From an uncultured Bacteroidales bacterium (GTDB lineage Bacteria > Bacteroidota > Bacteroidia > Bacteroidales > GCA-2748055): DNA of 64,000 nt. The position numbers were made by a program, and so were the translations under genes. The notes beneath the pieces were generated by a model. It was not told the DNA's origin and did no database searches. It worked only from the letters and a program-made list of their open reading frames with translations. Location: NCBI GenBank assembly GCA_963764345.1, contig CAVXSF010000018.1:36670-100669 (forward strand). The letters are read 5' to 3'. Positions 35,048-46,475 of this stretch are shown here, piece by piece (position 1 is the stretch's first letter; each line of letters starts with the position of its first letter).

Positions 35048-35509
35048 TCAATACTCCAGGGAAGCTTTCAGCAGTCCGAGGACATACCTGTCGATCGGGA
35101 AGGTTAGATCCTCTTCTCTCAGACCTGCCACCTTTACCCACCGGAAAGACTGGCTTCCGTTTACCTTTCCCTCAAAATCAAATGATTTCCGGGATATCCT
35201 GAAAACAGGATCACCCTTGAGGCTGATCCGGTAATAGATGCTGATGAGCTGATGATCGTCATAAAAGAGAGCCCTCTGGAAAAAGCCCGTCGTATAAAAA
35301 TGTCCCAGTATTTCCACTTCCTGACCCATTTCCTCTATGGCTTCACGCCGCAGGCAATCTTCCGGGCCCTCCCCGAATTGAAGTCCGCCTCCCGGAAATT
35401 TGGTCATATACCTGTCGAGGACATATTCATCACTTATCAGGACTTCACCCGCTGAACTGAGCAGGATGCCGTACACTCTTATGTTAAAATGCCTGATGTT
35501 TGTCTCCAT
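35048..35509 (-). CDS. NUDIX hydrolase
   Basis: Nudix box GGGLQFGEGPEDCLRREAIEEMGQEV. The start lies 1 nt after the miaA stop. Confidence 0.85.
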   Translation of the reverse strand: METNIRHFNIRVYGILLSSAGEVLISDEYVLDRYMTKFPGGGLQFGEGPEDCLRREAIEEMGQEVEILGHFYTTGFFQRALFYDDHQLISIYYRISLKGDPVFRISRKSFDFEGKVNGSQSFRWVKVAGLREEDLTFPIDRYVLGLLKASLEY

Positions 35510-35510
35510 G

Positions 35511-36413
35511 TCAGTCTGTTTTTCCCATTACAAAATCAAGTATCTGTTCTTCCTGGCCGGCATGAAACCAATGCCAGCCTTCATCCTTTTTAAACCAGGT
35601 CAATTGTTTCCTGGCATACCTGCGGGTATTGGACTGGATGCGGGTTATGGCCTCCTTAAGACTGGTTTTCCCTTCAAAATGGTCGAAGAGTTCTTTATAA
35701 CCAACCGTATTCAGGGCATTGTTCTTCCGGAAGGCATAGAGCCGCCTGGCTTCATCCTCCAGTCCACGATGCATCATATCATAAACACGGCGGTTAATAT
35801 TGTCGTATAGTTCCTCGCGCTCATGGTTAAGGGCAATGAGTTTGAACCCGAAATCCCGTTTTTTTCTGGGTGTGGTCAGAAAGGATGAATATGGCTTGCC
35901 TGTAATCATGGTGATCTCAAGGGCTTTTTGGATACGCTTCGGATTCTTGAGGTCTATTTTAGCGTAAGTCTCCGGATCGAGTTTTCTAAGAGCATGGCGG
36001 AGGCTCTCAAGGCCTTCCTCATCATACTGTTTCTGAATACGGGCCCTGATTTCCAGATCCATTTCAGGCAGGTCATCGATTCCAAACCTGACAGCATCGA
36101 TATATAAGCCAGACCCCCCGGTCATGATCACTTTGTCATATTTTCTGAAAAGTGATCCGAGAAGGGTAATCACATCATTTTCATATTTGCTGGCATTGTA
36201 AGTGTCATGGATGCTGATGGTCTGAATGAAATGATGTTTTACCCTGGTAAGAAATTCCGGAGAAGGTACGGCTGTCCCAATCGTCATTTCACGATAAATT
36301 TGCCGGGAATCACAAGAGATGATCTCTGTGGCTGTCTTTTCGGCAATGTCAACAGAAAGACTGGTTTTCCCGACAGCGGTGGGTCCCGCAATGACGATCA
36401 GTTCCTTATTCAT
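35511..36413 (-). CDS. miaA: tRNA dimethylallyltransferase
   Basis: P-loop IAGPTAVGKTSLS, SCDSRQIYREMTIGTA, RRYARKQLTWF. Confidence 0.93.
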   Translation of the reverse strand: MNKELIVIAGPTAVGKTSLSVDIAEKTATEIISCDSRQIYREMTIGTAVPSPEFLTRVKHHFIQTISIHDTYNASKYENDVITLLGSLFRKYDKVIMTGGSGLYIDAVRFGIDDLPEMDLEIRARIQKQYDEEGLESLRHALRKLDPETYAKIDLKNPKRIQKALEITMITGKPYSSFLTTPRKKRDFGFKLIALNHEREELYDNINRRVYDMMHRGLEDEARRLYAFRKNNALNTVGYKELFDHFEGKTSLKEAITRIQSNTRRYARKQLTWFKKDEGWHWFHAGQEEQILDFVMGKTD

Positions 36414-36855
36414 TAAAATTCAAACCTTCAAGATTTATGGATCCCGGTAAAATCTGCCTGGGAGGATGACCCTGTGAGGAGGTGATCCTGGGATAACGGC
36501 CTGAATCAGGCGTTTGAATTGTTTCCGTAAGCTCGATAAATATCAGTCTTTCATTAAATATGTCAAAGATGTACAGCATTCTCTGCCTGGGAAGATTGAT
36601 ATAGTTCTTGAGTTTACATTTATCCATCAGTAAGGTATGGCGGTTCCTGTCTTCCGACATATCAAAAAGGGTGAATTCCTGCAATTTTTCGTACTCCCCG
36701 TTGGTCAGAAAAAAACTTGCCAGCTGAGACCTGTCGTAATGGAAATCTTCCACCATCGTGGAATGAAGATCATAGAATGTTTGTTCGGAGAGTATCTCGA
36801 TATCTCTGACAAAGTTCTTTACTTCATCGGAGATGAGCCTGAATTTATAGACCAT
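36406..36855 (-). CDS. Hypothetical protein (weak resemblance to the pRiA4b ORF-3-like fold)
   Basis: 149 aa. Overlaps the miaA start by 8 nt. YKFRLISDEVKNFVRDIEILSEQTFYDLHSTMVEDF resembles that family only loosely. Confidence 0.5.
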   Translation of the reverse strand: MVYKFRLISDEVKNFVRDIEILSEQTFYDLHSTMVEDFHYDRSQLASFFLTNGEYEKLQEFTLFDMSEDRNRHTLLMDKCKLKNYINLPRQRMLYIFDIFNERLIFIELTETIQTPDSGRYPRITSSQGHPPRQILPGSINLEGLNFNE

Positions 36856-36867
36856 GATCTGTTTTTT

Positions 36868-37935
36868 TTACAAGTTAAGCAAAAATTCCAAGGTATTCAC
36901 ATTGTCAGCGTACTCCCAAAGCATCGGAGTCTGTGTATGGCCAAATTCAAGTGAATCAGCGGTAAAACGGCCTGTAATGCACTGTAACCGTTCACGGTCT
37001 TTTTGCAAACGTTCAGTTACCTCCGCGGCTGAATGATACCGTTCAAAATATAGGCTGCCAACCGGACTGCTGTAACTACTGTCTTCTTTTACCACCAGGA
37101 AGCCCGTGTCATAAAAATCAGATTGGTTTACCAGGTGAACTGCCCTCTGATACTCGTAATTGTTCGCATATTTATGATGGTTTACCAGGTAGGCATAATG
37201 TTGAAAATGATCCAGAAGATGAGGTATCTCATATTCTTTCGGTAAATATATTTTTGAGACATTCCGGCAACCAAGCCCGAAATACATGAAGATATCATCC
37301 GCCAGTTTTTCGAGGTCAAACTTTGACTCGGATCCATCCAGCACGGCGGTGGAGTTCCTGTTCCTCCGGATGATATGAGGATACTTCCCGAAATAATATT
37401 CAAAATACCGTGATGAGTTATCGCTACCCGTGGCGATTATGGCATCCGGTTTTTTCAACGGCCCCTCCTGAAAGCTGACCAGCTCCTTAAAATCTTTGTT
37501 CAGGTATTCCAGGATTTCCAGGATGGCCGGAAGCAGGCGATCGTCCCTGTCCGGTAGTTTGGCTGTAAGACGGTGACCTGAAAAAATCACCGAGAGGAAA
37601 TCGTGAAATCCGACCAGCGGAATATTCCCTGCCATGATAACGCCAATATCGAGCTGATCCTGAGATTTTCCATCCGGCAGGGAATAGGAGGAAAGCCACT
37701 TTGCAAGGTTCTCTTGCAACAGAGCGTCAGACAGCGCGCCCAGACTGAGCCGCACATTTTCCGGAGTGAACCATGGATTATATTCCTGCTCCCTGATGAT
37801 CCTGTCCGCGAAGGTCCCGCCAAACCGTTTGTTAATCACTTTCAGATCAGGATTCTCAAAGAAGGATACAGACCTGAACTGTGAGAAAAATTTTCCAAGC
37901 GTAACAAAGGCGTCCATTTTTTCCTGGGTTGTCAT
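36868..37935 (-). CDS. Acyl-CoA reductase (LuxC-like) family protein
   Basis: 355 aa. The N-terminus (DAFVTLGKFFSQF...NPWFTPENV) and FGLGCRNVSKIYLP resemble the Bacteroidota LuxC-like family. This is from recollection, not a search. Confidence 0.5.
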   Translation of the reverse strand: MTTQEKMDAFVTLGKFFSQFRSVSFFENPDLKVINKRFGGTFADRIIREQEYNPWFTPENVRLSLGALSDALLQENLAKWLSSYSLPDGKSQDQLDIGVIMAGNIPLVGFHDFLSVIFSGHRLTAKLPDRDDRLLPAILEILEYLNKDFKELVSFQEGPLKKPDAIIATGSDNSSRYFEYYFGKYPHIIRRNRNSTAVLDGSESKFDLEKLADDIFMYFGLGCRNVSKIYLPKEYEIPHLLDHFQHYAYLVNHHKYANNYEYQRAVHLVNQSDFYDTGFLVVKEDSSYSSPVGSLYFERYHSAAEVTERLQKDRERLQCITGRFTADSLEFGHTQTPMLWEYADNVNTLEFLLNL

Positions 37936-38206
37936 TCCTGTTTTTTTATTCCATGGATTGTGAAAATTTACCAGTCTTTTAACGGCTTCCCCAAGCCGTT
38001 CAGTATATATTCCGTAAAGGTAATGAATTTGGACTGAAGGTAAAGAGAGAACATGACCGGAATCTTCAATTGCAGTGTAACGTTTTACTGTTAAGAAAGG
38101 TCTCTGTACCCGTCAGACAATTTGATGCCCTGCCGTTAATGCCCTGCGGATCTGAACATCGGTCAACGAAGGCTATTCAGGAAAAATAATAAGGCAGGTA
38201 TGGTCT

Positions 38207-38238
38207 GAAAAAGGTCGCCCCGGTGTAAGACCGGGGCG
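38207..38238 (-). terminator. Intrinsic terminator after aconitase
   Basis: On the minus strand, CGCCCCGG-TCTTACA-CCGGGGCG, then ACC and T5. Confidence 0.6.
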
Positions 38239-38275
38239 GGTGAAGTAAGAATCTTTTCCAGCGGAAATGAATCCG

Positions 38276-40543
38276 TCAGCCATGATGCTCTTCTCTTATC
38301 AGATTCAGGGCAGAGCCTGCCTTAAACCAGTCAATTTGTTTCTGATTATAAGTATGGTTGAGATTTATCTCCTCTTGGCTCCCGTCACTATGATGAATAA
38401 CAAGCGTAATCAATTTGTCTGGTGCAAAGGCTGTCAGGCCTTTGATGTCGAAGGTGTCGTCCTCCCTGATCCTGGAATAATCGCCAGGCCTGGCAAAAGT
38501 CAGTGCAAGGACACCCTGTTTTTTCAGATTGGACTCATGGATCCTGGCAAACGATTTTACAATCACGGCTCTGACACCCATGAACCGGGGTTCCATTGCA
38601 GCATGTTCGCGCGATGATCCTTCGCCGTAATTGTCGTCACCGATAATGACCGAATTCAGTCCTTTATCTTTATATGACTTCACTGCATCATATACTGGCA
38701 CATATTCACCGGTTAGCTGATTTTTAACCAGGTTAGCTTTATCATTGAAGGCATTAATGGCACCAAGCATAAGGTTTTTGGAGATATTCTCAAGATGACC
38801 CCGGTATTTCAGCCAGGGACCTGCCATGGAGATATGATCGGTAGTGCATTTGCCTTTCACTTTAATAAAAAGTCGCAGGCCCATGAGGTCATGACCGTCC
38901 CAGGCTTTAAACGGCGTAAGCAGCTGCAGCCGATGTGAGGCGGGTTCAACGTGGATCACAATTTCACTCCCGTTTTCAGCCGGGGCCTGGTAACCGTTAT
39001 CTTCCACAGCGAAACCCCTGACCGGCATTTCAAGACCCTTTGGTTCTTCCAGCCTCACCCTTTCACCCTCTTCATTTTCGAGTGAATCGGTAAGGGGGTT
39101 GAAGGTCAGATCACCTGCAATGGCAAAGGCCGTAACAATTTCAGGACTTGCCACGAAAGCGTAAGTATTCGGGTTTCCGTCATTGCGCTTGGCAAAGTTA
39201 CGGTTGAATGAGGTAATGATGGAGTTCTTTTCCTGTTTATCTGCGTTATGTCGTGCCCACTGACCAATGCACGGTCCGCATGCATTTGCCAGAACCAGTC
39301 CGCCGATTTTTTCAAATTTCTCCAGTAGGCCATCCCGTTCAATAGTGTATCTTACCTGTTCGGAGCCAGGAGTCACAGTAAAATCGGAATTTACTTTCAG
39401 TTTTTTATCGATAGCCTGCTGAGCCACAGAAGCAGCCCTGGTAATATCTTCATAGGATGAATTGGTGCACGATCCTATGAGACCCACTTCAAGTTTTGCA
39501 GGGTAATCATTGTCTTTCACAGCTTTGGCGAAGGCCGATATAGGCCAGGCTTTATCCGGAGAGAAAGGCCCGTTGACGTGGGGTTCGAGTTCCGAGAGGT
39601 TGATCTCAATGGTCTGATCGAAATAGAGGTCGGGATTTTCATAAACTTCTGGATCGCCGGTCAGATGAGCGGCAATGGAATCGGCTAATTTCGCAACTTC
39701 TTCCCTTCCTGTACCTTCAAGGTAGATTTTCATTTTTTCATCATAACCAAAGAGAGAGGTAGTTGCCCCGATCTCTGCGCCCATATTACAGATGGTGCCT
39801 TTGCCGGTTGCCGAAATCGTCCTTGCACCTTCGCCAAAATATTCAAGAATGCAGCCGGTGCCGCCTTTAACGGTCAGAATTCCGGCTACTCTCAGGATCA
39901 CATCTTTGGCTGAGGTCCATCCGCTGAGGTTGCCGGTAAGTTTAACGCCAATCAGTTTCGGAAACTTCAGTTCCCAGGGCATACCGGCCATAACATCCAC
40001 AGCATCGGCACCCCCAACACCCACGGCTACCATGCCGAGTCCGCCTGCATTTACCGTGTGCGAATCGGTACCGATCATCATCCCTCCGGGAAAAGCGTAA
40101 TTTTCAAGGATAACCTGGTGAATAATCCCCGCACCGGGTTTCCAGAATCCGATGCCATACCTGGCAGAAACGGAAGCCAGAAAGTCGAAGACTTCACTGT
40201 TCGTCTGGCGGGCGGCAGCAAGATCATTCAGAGCTCCTGTCTTAGCCTGGATCAGATGGTCGCAATGCACAGTTGAAGGCACAGCAACTTTTTCTTTACC
40301 AGCCTGCATAAACTGAAGAAGGGCCATCTGCGCGGTGGCATCCTGCATACCAACACGGTCGGGGTTGAAATAGACGTAATCTTTTCCGGGATGGTACTCC
40401 TTTTTGGCAGGGCCTTCCTCAAGGTGGGAATACAGTATTTTTTCAGTCAGGGAAAGAGGCCTTTTAAGAACTTTCCTCGCTGCCGCAATAAGGCCGGGTA
40501 TCGCTGCATACTTCTCCTTTATCATTTCCAGGTCGAAAACCAT
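38276..40543 (-). CDS. acn: Aconitate hydratase (about 755-aa mitochondrial-type)
   Basis: Fe-S ligand regions [27 protein letters not shown], and swivel domain [10 protein letters not shown]. Confidence 0.95.
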   Translation of the reverse strand: MVFDLEMIKEKYAAIPGLIAAARKVLKRPLSLTEKILYSHLEEGPAKKEYHPGKDYVYFNPDRVGMQDATAQMALLQFMQAGKEKVAVPSTVHCDHLIQAKTGALNDLAAARQTNSEVFDFLASVSARYGIGFWKPGAGIIHQVILENYAFPGGMMIGTDSHTVNAGGLGMVAVGVGGADAVDVMAGMPWELKFPKLIGVKLTGNLSGWTSAKDVILRVAGILTVKGGTGCILEYFGEGARTISATGKGTICNMGAEIGATTSLFGYDEKMKIYLEGTGREEVAKLADSIAAHLTGDPEVYENPDLYFDQTIEINLSELEPHVNGPFSPDKAWPISAFAKAVKDNDYPAKLEVGLIGSCTNSSYEDITRAASVAQQAIDKKLKVNSDFTVTPGSEQVRYTIERDGLLEKFEKIGGLVLANACGPCIGQWARHNADKQEKNSIITSFNRNFAKRNDGNPNTYAFVASPEIVTAFAIAGDLTFNPLTDSLENEEGERVRLEEPKGLEMPVRGFAVEDNGYQAPAENGSEIVIHVEPASHRLQLLTPFKAWDGHDLMGLRLFIKVKGKCTTDHISMAGPWLKYRGHLENISKNLMLGAINAFNDKANLVKNQLTGEYVPVYDAVKSYKDKGLNSVIIGDDNYGEGSSREHAAMEPRFMGVRAVIVKSFARIHESNLKKQGVLALTFARPGDYSRIREDDTFDIKGLTAFAPDKLITLVIHHSDGSQEEINLNHTYNQKQIDWFKAGSALNLIREEHHG

Positions 40544-40687
40544 GATATAATTTTTTTTAGTGAAACAAAGTCACGAATTTACAAAATCATCACAAACAGC
40601 AAGAATTTTATTTCTATATCAGGACATTTTAATGGGTAGATTGTTCAGAAAACCCTAACTTTAGAGTGCTAAAAATCTTTTGACTTT

Positions 40688-41932
40688 ATGATTGGAATCG
40701 TATTTCGGGAGAATTTAAAGATAGCTCTGCAAACGATCAGAACCAACCGGTTGCGGACGGTACTGACCATTTCCATCATTGCCTTTGGAATTATGGCACT
40801 CGTGGGCATTCTGACTTCCATCGAGGCTATTCAGCGTACGATAACCGACCAGTTCACCATGATGGGCGCCAACACCTTCAATATCGAGAGCCGTAGTATG
40901 CGTATTCACATCGGTGACCAGAGGTACCGGACAAAAAATTATAGCTACATTTCATACCGCCAGGCAGAAGAATTTAAAAAACGGTTTAATTTTCCCGCTG
41001 AGGTGTCCATATGGACGTACGCTTCCGGCACAGGTACGGTGAAATATGGTACTGAGAAAACCAATCCTAACATTCCGGTTATAGGTGTTGATGAGAATTA
41101 CATTTCCACCTCCGGATATGAGATTAGTAAGGGCCGGAATTTTAGCCCGGAAGAAATTGAAAATTTCCGTAATTTCGCGGTCATTGGCTCCTCACTGGCC
41201 AAAAAACTCTTTCCGGATTTTGAAGATCCGCTGAATAAGATTATCACCGTCGGCAACGGCCGGTTCAGGGTCATCGGCGTTCTTAAAAGTAAGGGGTCCA
41301 GCCTCGGGATGAATTCGGATAATGTCTGCCTGCTTCCATACTCTACTGTAAGACAGTATTTTTCCAGGGCAAATATGGGGTATACGATAAGTGTCAGGGC
41401 TGCAAATAAAGAGCTTGTCGATGCTGCCGTTGGCGAAGCGGAAGGCCTTTTCCGAATAGTCAGAAATCTGGATGCCAGGGATGAGTCTGACTTCAATATT
41501 ACCAAAAGCGATACCATCGTGAAACTGTTTCTGGAGAACCTTCAGCGGGTTAATATGGCTGCCGTTCTTATCGGGCTGATAACACTTCTTGGTGCGGTTA
41601 TCGGACTGATGAACATCATGCTCGTTTCAGTAACTGAAAGGACCCGTGAAATAGGGATCAGAAAAGCCATGGGAGCAAAAAGCAGGAACATAAAGCAACA
41701 GTTTCTGTTCGAAGCGATTGTTATCGGACAACTGGGAGGAGCTTTTGGGATTGTTCTTGGGATAATTATTGGAAATGTTGTTTCTTTGCTTAGCAGTTCA
41801 TCCTTCATCATTCCATGGGGGTGGATCATTTTAGGGGTGATGCTGTGTTTTGTTGTTGGTGTGGTATCTGGCTATTTCCCGGCAGTAAAGGCGGCCCGCC
41901 AGGATCCGATTGTTGCATTGAGATACGAATAG
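40688..41932 (+). CDS. ABC transporter permease, MacB/FtsX family
   Basis: N-terminal TM helix, a large MacB-like periplasmic domain, and a C-terminal FtsX 3-TM bundle (ERTREIGIRKAMGA). Confidence 0.85.
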   Translation: MIGIVFRENLKIALQTIRTNRLRTVLTISIIAFGIMALVGILTSIEAIQRTITDQFTMMGANTFNIESRSMRIHIGDQRYRTKNYSYISYRQAEEFKKRFNFPAEVSIWTYASGTGTVKYGTEKTNPNIPVIGVDENYISTSGYEISKGRNFSPEEIENFRNFAVIGSSLAKKLFPDFEDPLNKIITVGNGRFRVIGVLKSKGSSLGMNSDNVCLLPYSTVRQYFSRANMGYTISVRAANKELVDAAVGEAEGLFRIVRNLDARDESDFNITKSDTIVKLFLENLQRVNMAAVLIGLITLLGAVIGLMNIMLVSVTERTREIGIRKAMGAKSRNIKQQFLFEAIVIGQLGGAFGIVLGIIIGNVVSLLSSSSFIIPWGWIILGVMLCFVVGVVSGYFPAVKAARQDPIVALRYE

Positions 41933-41953
41933 TTATTTTATAATTCATAGTTT

Positions 41954-42331
41954 ATGGACGAGTATTACGTCAAAAAAACATTCAATACACCGGAAGTATT
42001 CTTTTCACCCAGTGAAGGATTACTGAAAATTGAAGGACGTTCCATCCCAGAGGATCCGGGAGATTTTTTTGACAATATCATCAATATTATTACCCAGTAT
42101 TATCAGGATCCCAAAGAACTGACGAAGGTGGATATTAAACTGGAATATATAAACAGCGGATCCTCAAAATATATGCTGGAACTCATGAGAATCCTGAAAC
42201 GTAACTATGATGCCGGCCACGATTGTATCGTAAACTGGTACTATGAGGAAGATGACGAATCGATACAGGAACTCGGCCAGCATTACCAGGCCACAGTCCA
42301 TATCCCGTTTAAAATCATCGATTATTATTAA
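41954..42331 (+). CDS. DUF1987 / SiaC-family protein
   Basis: 125 aa: TPEVFFSPSEGLLKIEGRSIPEDP...KLEYINSGSSKYMLELM...NWYYEEDDES. Confidence 0.75.
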   Translation: MDEYYVKKTFNTPEVFFSPSEGLLKIEGRSIPEDPGDFFDNIINIITQYYQDPKELTKVDIKLEYINSGSSKYMLELMRILKRNYDAGHDCIVNWYYEEDDESIQELGQHYQATVHIPFKIIDYY

Positions 42332-42353
42332 GCCCTGTTGGTTTCAGGTAACA

Positions 42354-43292
42354 TTACATATCCTTCACATATATTCGCTGCACTTTATTGCCCGATGCAA
42401 TATAAACCACCAGGAAGCTTCCTTCCACAGAGGTTCTGACCCGGTAAACCGGTGCATTCATGTCAGAGGTCATCTTCAGCGTACAAAGGCCCATTTCAAC
42501 AATCACCTTGCCAGAATAGGAGGTTACGACGTAATCCCAGCTGGTTGGAAAGAAGGAGACCCCGGTAAGCCATCCGTCCAGGAGGATATCCTTGTTCACT
42601 TGTTGGTACAACCCTTTACGGCTTATTTGAAAAGTTGCAAGGATACCAAAATCGCCACATATCATCATCTCATTGTTATCCTGACTGATGGTAATGGACC
42701 TGAGCCAGAAAGGAAACTTTTTTATCTCAGCTATTTTTTTGCCCGACCGGCTGTCCCAAAGCTGAACACGGCCGTCACCACCCACCGTTATGATCTTGCT
42801 ACCGCCATCCAAAAATTTCAGATCATTGAGACTTTTTTTGTGGGCTTTTTCAATGTCGGTTATTTTACCCGATGTAAGGTCCATGATCCTTAAGGTGCCA
42901 TCGGCATATCCGGCTGCAAGGATACTGTCCTTCTCGCTCACCCCAACGGTAGTCACCATACTCATTCTTTCCGGGAGATTTTTCAGGTTCCCTTCAGGGA
43001 GGGTCATGGTTATCAGGCTCCCGTTCATATAGCCTGCCACCATCAGTGTGCCGTCGTCAGAAACAGCCATCCTGGTTACCCTGCTGTCCAGGTCAGTGGG
43101 GATGACCCTTTCCGGAGAAACGTCGTTCACCATATAAAAGTGAAACGCCTGGTTCCCGGGAATGATCAGGGTCTGGTTCTGGCGGTTTAATGCAAAATCA
43201 TAAATATCAAGACTGTCGGTATAGTAAACCTGACAGAACAGGCCGGAAATCGGGACGGTCAGAAAAATTAGTAATAAGCTAAATTTCCTCAT
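42354..43292 (-). CDS. Secreted WD40/beta-propeller repeat protein
   Basis: Signal peptide plus repeated G-x-x-DG-x-hydrophobic-x-x-WD-like blades (AAGYADGTLRIMDL, VGGDGRVQLWDS). Confidence 0.7.
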   Translation of the reverse strand: MRKFSLLLIFLTVPISGLFCQVYYTDSLDIYDFALNRQNQTLIIPGNQAFHFYMVNDVSPERVIPTDLDSRVTRMAVSDDGTLMVAGYMNGSLITMTLPEGNLKNLPERMSMVTTVGVSEKDSILAAGYADGTLRIMDLTSGKITDIEKAHKKSLNDLKFLDGGSKIITVGGDGRVQLWDSRSGKKIAEIKKFPFWLRSITISQDNNEMMICGDFGILATFQISRKGLYQQVNKDILLDGWLTGVSFFPTSWDYVVTSYSGKVIVEMGLCTLKMTSDMNAPVYRVRTSVEGSFLVVYIASGNKVQRIYVKDM

Positions 43293-43405
43293 TGTTTCAG
43301 GTAGAAAAATTTGGTAAATTGAATCTACTTATTTTTTCTCAAATTCTGAATGTTGTTTTGATTTTTTTGACAAAGAGCGTTGTTAATAAACGCTTTCAGG
43401 AGGCT

Positions 43406-43434
43406 AAAAAAAAGTGCCTTAAATGAAGGCACTT
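43406..43434 (-). terminator. Intrinsic terminator after gap
   Basis: On the minus strand, AGTGCCTT-CATT-AAGGCACT followed by T8. Confidence 0.8.
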
Positions 43435-43494
43435 TATATGAATATTTACGAAGGAATGTTCCGGCTCTTTTCAGACCGGAAGAAATTAGATTTC

Positions 43495-44513
<1,019 letters not shown>

Positions 44514-44567
44514 TTATGAATTATATTAATTGAACGAATAGTTATTGTTTTTTTTATAACAGAGCTG

Positions 44568-44599
44568 CAAACTTATATATAAAAATCAAATCCTACAAA
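44568..44599 (-). promoter_or_regulatory. Candidate promoter of gap
   Basis: On the minus strand, TTTG, a 20-nt spacer, then TAAGTTTG, about 65 nt upstream of the ATG. Confidence 0.45.
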
Positions 44600-45113
44600 A
44601 AATTGCGTATTTAGTACGTTAAGAGATTATTAAGTTTTAAATCACAACGCATGAGTCGTTTTTACTCCCTCTCACCTCTTCAGAACATATGAAGCTGCCT
44701 CATTGTTCTCCCGCTGTACCGGAGTAAAGGAACTCTTGAAGTATGAAAATCTGTTTCATTCAGAAGTCCGTCGTTAATACTCCGGCTGCCTTGAATACAA
44801 TGAACCGGATTCTCTCCGGGGGATACTTTGTCTCACCGGCCTGAAATAATCCTACCCGGATCAGAGTTTTGCAAAAATACATATTTCCGTGGAATTTTCC
44901 GCAAGGCACTCCGGGGAAGTGCAGCGTAATTTTATGAAGCCGCTTATTTATCGGGAAGTATAGTATTCATATCTGTGAGGCACTTTACTGTTGGGTACTG
45001 TGCCGTTCTGTTCACCGTTTTGACTGGGTTGGCTAAAATATATACGCGGAGGGGTGATCTATGTCTCTTAAAAGATTATCTCCTGATAACCTGATCTCCC
45101 TTCAAAAAAAGGA

Positions 45114-45971
45114 TTAATAATCAGGCTGTTCTTTGGAAGCTTTCTTCTGCTGGCGCTGAAGTTTCTTTTGCTTGCGTTCTTCCTTGAGCTTATCTAACCA
45201 GGTGTTGGATCGTGCTGCCTCACTCATGTCAATGACTTTCCCAAAACGATATCCGACAAAAAGGTTCATGAAATAGAAATTGTTCAGCTCGGTTGACATT
45301 ATAGGAATCTTTTTGGGGTAGATATCCATACCGATACCAAATTCAAGGGCATGCAAAACCACATCCTGACGGGAATATTCGAAGGTAAAGCCTATCCTTG
45401 CCGATACCCCCGGAACCACGGATAATTCTTTCATGCCTTCAAAAAATGAAGCTTTACCGTTGATCTGGGATTGGTGAATTATCGGGTCGAATTTCTCTAT
45501 TTTATATACCTCCGTACTACTGGTAGTTATGTAAAGAACCTCGTAGTAAATGGGTTTCAATAATCCGAGAACAGGACCTGCCTCGTAGAAATAACGGATG
45601 GAGATTCCCCCGACATCATTCTTCCGGAATAATTCACTCTGCCGTCCGTATTGTGCTTTTAACTCGAAGAAGCTGTTTTGTTTCCCGAAAACAAAACTCT
45701 TATTGGAATAATACCCGTTCGAAAGCTTAATTTCCTTGGGATTCTTCACATTTCCTAATTCTACCCTGTAAAGAGTATGATTTCTGGCATTAATTCTTTT
45801 TGCATATTCAAAATCCCCACTAATACCATTTGAATTCAGGAAAAGAGCAAAACTCTGCTCATTACGCAAAAGAATTTTCGGCTGTTCATTGATGTCGCCC
45901 TGCGAATAGGCCGGGGACCAAATCAAAAACAGACACAAGACTACAGGGACTATCGTCAAAACCCTTTTCAT
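45114..45971 (-). CDS. Hypothetical secreted/outer-membrane protein with a Lys-rich tail
   Basis: Signal peptide, beta-rich body, and C-terminal KLKEERKQKKLQRQQKKASKEQ. Confidence 0.6.
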   Translation of the reverse strand: MKRVLTIVPVVLCLFLIWSPAYSQGDINEQPKILLRNEQSFALFLNSNGISGDFEYAKRINARNHTLYRVELGNVKNPKEIKLSNGYYSNKSFVFGKQNSFFELKAQYGRQSELFRKNDVGGISIRYFYEAGPVLGLLKPIYYEVLYITTSSTEVYKIEKFDPIIHQSQINGKASFFEGMKELSVVPGVSARIGFTFEYSRQDVVLHALEFGIGMDIYPKKIPIMSTELNNFYFMNLFVGYRFGKVIDMSEAARSNTWLDKLKEERKQKKLQRQQKKASKEQPDY

Positions 45972-46118
45972 CTTTCAGATCCTTTCCAATACCACAATGA
46001 AGGGTATTCCGGCAAAAGGAATTGTGTGTTTAAACAAAGATTGCAGATCATAGCGGGAACTTATACCCGGATTCTCTGCAATCGTATATTGAAAAAACGA
46101 TCCCGAACCACATACAGC

Positions 46119-46250
46119 TCAGGAAGCCGGATTTTCTGGTTGTTCGATGTTATGATTCTGGCTGTATGCCGGACAAACTTTCCTGTTGCAGGAAGATAAC
46201 AGAACACCGAGAGCAAAAATGACAGCGAGAAGAAAGGTTGCTTTTTTCAT
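46119..46250 (-). CDS. Small lipoprotein (43 aa) with a CPAY motif
   Basis: MKKATFLLAVIFALGVLLSSCNRKVCPAYSQNHNIEQPENPAS has a lipobox LSSC. It is shorter than the ORF-track cutoff. Confidence 0.55.
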   Translation of the reverse strand: MKKATFLLAVIFALGVLLSSCNRKVCPAYSQNHNIEQPENPAS

Positions 46251-46475
46251 CTGATCAATTTTCTTGTTAACTTGTAAACTAAACGTATAACGATTTTTCT
46301 AAAAGAATGGTTGCAATATACAAAAATTAAATTTGAAATAATGATTCACATCCTAACAATAACGGCTTGCCAGCCAATTTATTTCACAAGTAAGTTGTCT
46401 GTTTAAGTTATTGGCCTCGTGGAATATCCATGCAGCAGGCTTCTTAAATTAAATATAATTTTATTCACTTGTCAT

